A stretch of 32,000 nucleotides of DNA from Desulfotalea psychrophila LSv54 (lineage in GTDB: Bacteria; Desulfobacterota; Desulfobulbia; Desulfobulbales; Desulfocapsaceae): positions 1,620,001 to 1,652,000 of the forward strand of contig NC_006138.1 of NCBI RefSeq assembly GCF_000025945.1. The letters are read 5' to 3'. Shown here piece by piece: positions 27,180 through 32,000 of the stretch (position 1 is its first letter; each line of letters begins with the position of its first letter). Under the pieces are notes generated by a model. The model was given only the letters and a program-made list of their open reading frames with translations. It ran no database searches and was not told the origin of the DNA. The position numbers were made by a program, and so were the translations under genes.

Positions 27180-27605
27180 ATGATTCTTACCTGTTGTTCC
27201 ATTAAGGCAGAGGTGGTTGCCGAGGATGAGCGCGAGGGCGGTTTGCGTAAGATTCTCAACTTTGGCCATACCATTGGCCATGCCATAGAGGCGGAGTCTC
27301 ACTTTTCCCTTATCCATGGTTTAGCCGTTGCCATAGGCATGGTGGCTGCTAGCCGACTGGCCTTTGCCAAGGGGCTTCTGGCAGCGGAGGAGGTGAGGGA
27401 GGTGGAGGAGATTATTGCCGGTTATGGTCTGCCAACAGAGATTCCGCTAGAATATGATAATGACAATATCCTCTCTTATCTACAGGTGGATAAGAAAAAT
27501 GTGGCCGGGCGGGTGGTCTTTGTCCTGCCGGAGAGAATTGGCGCCACCCTTATAAGCGACGGAGTGACTGAACAAGAAATTTTGTCTGTTTTACGTCAGG
27601 ATTAG
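27180..27605 (+). CDS. aroB: 3-dehydroquinate synthase, C-terminal part in the same frame (fragment 2 of 2). AroB-like sequence already resumes at 27111, directly after the TGA.
   Basis: TFFHFLEE...CCSIKAEVVAEDEREGGLRKILNFGHTIGHAIE is the AroB metal-binding region. Both fragments are in frame 3. Confidence 0.85.
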   Translation: MILTCCSIKAEVVAEDEREGGLRKILNFGHTIGHAIEAESHFSLIHGLAVAIGMVAASRLAFAKGLLAAEEVREVEEIIAGYGLPTEIPLEYDNDNILSYLQVDKKNVAGRVVFVLPERIGATLISDGVTEQEILSVLRQD

Positions 27606-27635
27606 CCTTTTATTAATGAGAAGGAGATGGTCGAG

Positions 27636-28100
27636 ATGTCTGTATATGAATTTTACTGTAAGGGCTGTAATACCATTTTGAAGTTTTCAGGCGAAACGGA
27701 AGGGGCTGGGCAACCATCCTGTCCTCTCTGTGGGGCTGCGGGGCTTGTTGCTGAAAAGTCTCGTTTTTTTCTGGGTGAGAACTCTGCTGACACGGGGCGT
27801 GAGGCCCTGTTGGCTGGCCTAACTGAGGAGAAGATAGGTTTGGCCTTTGAGCAGCTTGGCAAAGGGGCGGAGGTGGATGGCTCGCAGAGCATGGTGGATC
27901 TTCTGCAGAGCTTTTCCTGTGATGCCGGTCTTGCTCCGACAGAGTTGCTGAAGAAGGTTCTGTCCGAAGGTGTGGACTCTGAGCGTGTCGGACAACTGGA
28001 AGAAGATATTGCCTTTCGCCATCTCGTTGTTGGTGGTGAGGATCTGCCTCGGCGTAATGAGAGGGTCTACCCTCTTGCCCAGTATCTTTGGGCTTGTTAG
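27636..28100 (+). CDS. FmdB-type zinc-ribbon protein with an acidic C-terminal extension
   Basis: MSVYEFYCKGC...CPLCG has two CxxC pairs. AAGGAG lies 9 nt upstream of ATG 27636. Confidence 0.6.
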   Translation: MSVYEFYCKGCNTILKFSGETEGAGQPSCPLCGAAGLVAEKSRFFLGENSADTGREALLAGLTEEKIGLAFEQLGKGAEVDGSQSMVDLLQSFSCDAGLAPTELLKKVLSEGVDSERVGQLEEDIAFRHLVVGGEDLPRRNERVYPLAQYLWAC

Positions 28101-28158
28101 GAAATAACATGAGCATCTTGCCTCTCAGCTTCGGGCCATCTTATTTTGTAACAGATCT

Positions 28159-28506
28159 TTAGTGTAGGGTAGGTTTTGCTCCCCAGATAATGCTTTGGCC
28201 CCGGTAGATTTTTTCCTTTTCGATGATAATGGCTTGAACCTGTTCCTCTGTTAGTTGCAACTCTTCGGCAAGTTCTGCTGTGTTGTAGCAGGGTTGTCCG
28301 TCGGGGCTATAGGAACAGGGCTTGAGCCGGGGGAAGGCGTTGGTGGTTGCCTGGGCAGAGGCCATCAGGAGAAGATTCTGGATATCATGGGGGCCGTAGA
28401 GCATGATCCATTCGACAGCTTCACCCCATGTCTCAGAGTCAACTGTTTGATTTGTTACAATTTTCATTGCCATTTCAAGAGTCCACTGGTCTTTGAATTT
28501 TATCAT
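28159..28506 (-). CDS. hypothetical protein (about 115 aa; the track start 28608 is possible but lacks an RBS)
   Basis: ORF with an aggaaa RBS before ATG 28506. I recognise no family. Confidence 0.45.
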   Translation of the reverse strand: MIKFKDQWTLEMAMKIVTNQTVDSETWGEAVEWIMLYGPHDIQNLLLMASAQATTNAFPRLKPCSYSPDGQPCYNTAELAEELQLTEEQVQAIIIEKEKIYRGQSIIWGAKPTLH

Positions 28507-28690
28507 TATTTTCCTGTAGAGAGTTGTTTTCTTGCTAGATCTTAATGCCTTATTGTAGAGTAGTGCCCAAGTTAGGTTTTTGTTCGCCTTGCTGTAGAAA
28601 TGAATCATGTTATTATAGCAGTAAGGACCGGGCGCTTGTCCAGTAAAAAGATATAATTACCCTGTTTATATATATGGAGAGGAGGTTAGG

Positions 28691-29200
28691 TTGGACGTTG
28701 ATGAATCTTTTATGGAGGTGGCTCTGGCGCAGGCTGAGCGAGCTCTGGTCGCGGGCGAATTTCCCGTTGGCTGTGTAATTGTTTCTCAGGGAGAGGTGGT
28801 GGCCGTGGGCGAGAGGCGCAACTCTGTCTCTGCCAATGAGTTGGATCATGCCGAGATGAATGCCCTGCGCACCTTATTGGCTCAGGGCCAGCCAGCTGAT
28901 ATGGAAAAGTTGGTGGTCTATTCGACCATGGAACCCTGTCTGATGTGTTATAGTGCCCTTATTGTTAATGGCGTGCGCAATATTGTCTATGCCTATGAGG
29001 ATGCGATGGGTGGTGGTACGAGCCTGCCCCTCTCTCAGCTTGCTCCGCTCTATGCGGGCATCAGGATGAATATCAGGCCCCATGTTCTGCGGGCGCGGAG
29101 TCTGCGCTTGTTTCAGCAATTTTTTAGTCGACCTCAGCCATATCTGCAGGATAGTTTGCTCTGTCGTTACACCCTTGGTCAGACGTCTACCTTGCCGTGA
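28691..29200 (+). CDS. CMP/dCMP-type zinc deaminase (nucleoside or tRNA-adenosine deaminase-like)
   Basis: HAEMNAL and PCLMC zinc-binding motifs. TTG start 5 nt after ggagaggagg. Confidence 0.8.
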   Translation: MDVDESFMEVALAQAERALVAGEFPVGCVIVSQGEVVAVGERRNSVSANELDHAEMNALRTLLAQGQPADMEKLVVYSTMEPCLMCYSALIVNGVRNIVYAYEDAMGGGTSLPLSQLAPLYAGIRMNIRPHVLRARSLRLFQQFFSRPQPYLQDSLLCRYTLGQTSTLP

Positions 29201-29265
29201 TGGGTGAAATTTAAAATATAGAGGGCCCTGTGGCTTGGGCCAAGTTTTTATAAAGGAGATTTATT

Positions 29266-30276
29266 ATGGTGGATTCTGTGGCGCGGACTGTGGGCTTCCA
29301 GGCAGGGGAGCGTAATGTCTTTTTACATATATTGACTGCGTGTAATCTTTCCTGTGCGCACTGCTATATCAATCCCGAGCAGCACGGTAGTAATACCCTT
29401 GATAAAGAGACCATTGCCCATTGGCTTGATCTCTTTGCTGATGCTGAAAAAAAGTCTAACCTTATCCTCCTGGGAGGTGAGCCCACTCTCCACCCGGACC
29501 TTGCCGAGATAATATCGATTGCTAAGGCCAAGGGCTTTTCCGTAACCGTTGATTCCAATGGCTATCTGCACCATGATCTCTTGGAGCGAACAAGTCCTGA
29601 GGAGTTGGATTATCTCAGCTTTAGCCTTGATGGGCCCGATGCTGCGGTTAATGATCCCGTCCGTGGTGAAGGTGTTTATGATGTCTGCGTAGCTAATATT
29701 CGCAGGGCAATTGCCAAGGGCTTTCGGGTCAGTCTTATCTATACGGTCAGCGGTCGTAATATAGAGGCGCTGGATCGTATGCCTGCCCTTCTTGATTCCC
29801 TTGGGGTGGAACGGTTTTTTATTCAGGTCATTGGCCTGCGGGGAGAGTCGGCCAAGGCTGGTAAGGGGGATCTGCAGGTAGATCGGCGTCGTTGGTTCGA
29901 GGTGGTGCCGGCAGTGGCGGCAGATGCCGCAGCCAGAGGGATTCATGTAACCTGGCCCAAGGTCTTTTTAGGGGACGGGGAGGTCTTTCAGTGTGCGGGC
30001 AATGTGGCAGAGAACTATTTTGTCTTTCCCAATGGCCGGGTCTATCAGTGTCCTCTCTGTGAGGATTATCCGCTCCACTCTTACTGCATTAAAGATGGTC
30101 AGCTGCAGGCGCGGGAGGGTTTGACTGAAAAGAATTTCTTTTCTCTTGATATAGCTGAGGGGTGTGTGATGAATAAACTGCTTCAGCCTGAAAACATCAG
30201 CTATCGGGATGGGGTGGTGGAGAACAAGATCTCCTGCTGTATGCTTAAGCAGGAGATGGTTGGTGTAACTCGCTAG
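29266..30276 (+). CDS. radical SAM protein with a Cys-rich SPASM/twitch-like C-terminus
   Basis: CNLSCAHCY (CxxxCxxC) and GGEPTLHPD, with C-terminal Cys clusters (FQCAGN, YQCPLCED, EGCVMN, ISCCM). Confidence 0.85.
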   Translation: MVDSVARTVGFQAGERNVFLHILTACNLSCAHCYINPEQHGSNTLDKETIAHWLDLFADAEKKSNLILLGGEPTLHPDLAEIISIAKAKGFSVTVDSNGYLHHDLLERTSPEELDYLSFSLDGPDAAVNDPVRGEGVYDVCVANIRRAIAKGFRVSLIYTVSGRNIEALDRMPALLDSLGVERFFIQVIGLRGESAKAGKGDLQVDRRRWFEVVPAVAADAAARGIHVTWPKVFLGDGEVFQCAGNVAENYFVFPNGRVYQCPLCEDYPLHSYCIKDGQLQAREGLTEKNFFSLDIAEGCVMNKLLQPENISYRDGVVENKISCCMLKQEMVGVTR

Positions 30277-30305
30277 AGGTTCTGTCCGGCCGCCAGGTCA
30301 TAGGG

Positions 30306-31082
30306 CTAAGCATCATCCTTCTTGCTTGCCTTAACTCTGTTGAAGAGGGCGCTGAGGAAAATGCCTGATTCGTAGAGGAGGAACAGGGGGCCGGAGAGAA
30401 GGGCCGAGGCCATAAGGTCGCCTGCGCAGAGGAGAAAGGAGAGGGTGATGATGGCTATATAGAAGTACATCCTCTTCTGGCGAAAGTAGCGGGCCTGTAC
30501 GAGGTTTGCTTTGCCGGCCATCAGCATAAGAAATGGGATCTGGAAGGCAATGCCAAAGGTCAGGATGGTTCGTCCGACAAAGGTCAGGTAGAGTCCGAGC
30601 TTGGGTAGTGGCCTCATGGCCTCCGAGGTGTAGCTCATAAAGTAGGAGAGTATTTTGGGCAGTATAATGAAAAAGGCAAAACTCCCCCCGGCCAGAAAGA
30701 GCAGGGTTGACCAGAAGACCACTGTTCTGGCGATGCTCCTCTCCTTCTTGGTGAGACCGGGCGCAATAAAGGCCCAACTCTGGTATATGCAGTAGGGCAT
30801 GCTGCATATAAGGCCAATGAGGAGGGCAAGCTTGATATAGGCGAGAAAGGCCTCGGGGAGATTGGTGTATACCAATTTGTAGACAAGAGGGCTTGCCTCC
30901 TGCAGTGGCGTAATGCATGCCCGGGCAATTTGTTCGGAAAATATATAGGCAACTGCAGAACAGAGAACAATTGCAATGCCGATGCGGATAATCCTTTTGC
31001 GTAGCTCCAGGTGATGCGGGCGAAAGAGGGCAAGGCTACGTTCAAGCATTGGAATTGTCTGTTCGAGATTATAATGCCCCAT
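30306..31082 (-). CDS. tatC: twin-arginine translocase subunit TatC
   Basis: Six-TM TatC-like protein (HLELRKRIIR, PLVYTNLPEAF-like segment). ATG 31082 has AGGAG 7 nt upstream; the longer track ORF start is unlikely. Confidence 0.88.
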   Translation of the reverse strand: MGHYNLEQTIPMLERSLALFRPHHLELRKRIIRIGIAIVLCSAVAYIFSEQIARACITPLQEASPLVYKLVYTNLPEAFLAYIKLALLIGLICSMPYCIYQSWAFIAPGLTKKERSIARTVVFWSTLLFLAGGSFAFFIILPKILSYFMSYTSEAMRPLPKLGLYLTFVGRTILTFGIAFQIPFLMLMAGKANLVQARYFRQKRMYFYIAIITLSFLLCAGDLMASALLSGPLFLLYESGIFLSALFNRVKASKKDDA

Positions 31083-31518
31083 TCTCTTTCTCCTTATGAT
31101 CAGTACCAGGAGAATCTTGCTTTTCTTCTTTCTTATCCGTCTCGCTCTCCGGCTCAATTTCAATGAAGGTGCTGGTGTCAACCGCGTCCACGCTGGTGTT
31201 CTTCATCAGTTCCCGGTAGGCCGCGCCTGCCTCACCCAGATCCGAGGTGTCGGGGAGTTTGTCGAGGCCGTCTTTGAAGTTTGGAGTGGCAAGAAGATTG
31301 CTTTTCAGGGCAGCAGCGGCATCCTCCAACTCTTTTTTTGTTTCGCTGAGAGGGTTACCCTCTTTCTCTATGGATTGTTTGAATCCCTCTGCTGTTTTTT
31401 TCAGCTCCATGGCGCCCTTGGCAATGGAGCGGGCAAGTTCTGGAAGTTTGTCTGGGCCGACAACAATCAGGGCAAGGGCAAGGATGAGAATCATTTCCGG
31501 CAGGCCGATTCCAAACAT
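31069..31518 (-). CDS. TatA/TatB-family twin-arginine translocase subunit (its ~149-aa length suggests TatB)
   Basis: MFGIGLPEMILILALALIVVGPDKLPELARSI is a TM segment plus amphipathic helix, followed by an acidic tail. Overlaps the tatC start by 14 nt. Confidence 0.85.
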   Translation of the reverse strand: MFGIGLPEMILILALALIVVGPDKLPELARSIAKGAMELKKTAEGFKQSIEKEGNPLSETKKELEDAAAALKSNLLATPNFKDGLDKLPDTSDLGEAGAAYRELMKNTSVDAVDTSTFIEIEPESETDKKEEKQDSPGTDHKEKENGAL

Positions 31519-31712
31519 AGTATTTCCTTTTTCGTTATGGGACAATGTTATTGAGGGATGAGACTGGCAGATTTTACGTCATTTTATCTCTGGTGTCAAT
31601 AACACCCCCTCTGCTCTGTTGCAGTCTCAGTCAGGTTTTTCTTAAGCCTAAGGTCTTGTTTCTTGGGGTTGGGGGGCGGGGTGTAGAGGTTTCTTACTAA
31701 AAATTTCAATGA

Positions 31713-31741
31713 TTGACTTTTGCTCTTGATTTTGCTAAAAT
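31713..31741 (+). promoter_or_regulatory. candidate sigma70 promoter for purA
   Basis: TTGACT-17 nt-TAAAAT, about 145 nt upstream of the purA ATG. Confidence 0.5.
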
Positions 31742-31883
31742 ACCCTGTTTTTCTTGCGAGGTTGGCGACTGGGTTCGTAGGCCTCTTCTTTTTTTATGTC
31801 ATGTAACGTTTCGCAAGCAATCGTTATTTTAAATTTTTATGCTGAATCTAGTGACAGTTTCCAATCCTAATAGGAGAGAGTAG

Positions 31884-32000
31884 ATGTCCAGTGTTGTAGT
31901 TGTAGGTGCCCAATGGGGTGATGAAGGTAAGGGAAAGATTGTAGATTTATTGACAAAATACTCTGATTATATTGTTCGTTTTCAAGGCGGCAATAATGCA
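31884..32000 (+). CDS. purA: adenylosuccinate synthase, N-terminal 39 codons (runs off the window)
   Basis: [23 protein letters not shown] is the PurA P-loop. RBS aggagag. Confidence 0.9.
   Translation, partial: MSSVVVVGAQWGDEGKGKIVDLLTKYSDYIVRFQGGNNA

Noticed and set aside
30331-31045. 195-aa and 136-aa alternative-frame ORFs within tatC
   Set aside because: They are shadow ORFs of a well-supported TatC frame, with Pro/Arg/Ser-rich translations.
1-32000. CRISPR arrays, tRNA/rRNA genes, transposases or integrases
   Set aside because: I saw no regularly spaced repeats, no T-loop-like GGTTCGAATCC motifs in a cloverleaf context, and no DDE or tyrosine-recombinase-like translation in the ORF track.

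Overview
The window looks like a chromosomal segment from a sulfate-reducing Desulfobacterota (Desulfobulbaceae-like) genome. That guess rests on a dissimilatory-type ATP sulfurylase, a sigma54 activator and the general protein style; the taxon cannot be verified here. Housekeeping genes flank the window and fill its right half. On the left are a sigma54 activator C-terminus and a PLP aminotransferase. On the right are copZ/copA, sat, aroB, a zinc-ribbon protein, a nucleoside deaminase, a radical SAM/SPASM protein, tatC, a TatA/B-family gene and the start of purA. The central ~19 kb (2.7-21.9 kb) is a large type IV pilus accessory locus. It holds a pilin O-oligosaccharyltransferase-like gene and two tandem major-pilin paralogs with identical N-termini. 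It also holds two convergent, paralogous minor-pilin operons (GspH/FimT-, PilV-, PilW-, PilX-like), each with its own pilin-like gene and its own very large vWA-containing PilY1-like adhesin. No assembly genes (pilB/C/D/M-Q/T) lie in the window. The best candidate for something undescribed is the pair of modular PilY1 adhesins. One carries a ~450-residue insert with three tandem repeats inside its vWA domain. The other has an N-terminal carbohydrate-binding-like module, is split by a frameshift, and sits near possible on/off tracts. Other oddities are an in-frame TGA in aroB, TAG as the dominant stop codon, two long ORF-free spacers, and tandem GGTGAC-N7-GTCAsC dyads in the divergent pilin control region. 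I saw no tRNA, rRNA, CRISPR array or transposase. All calls come from reading the translations and sequence by eye; no database search was run.
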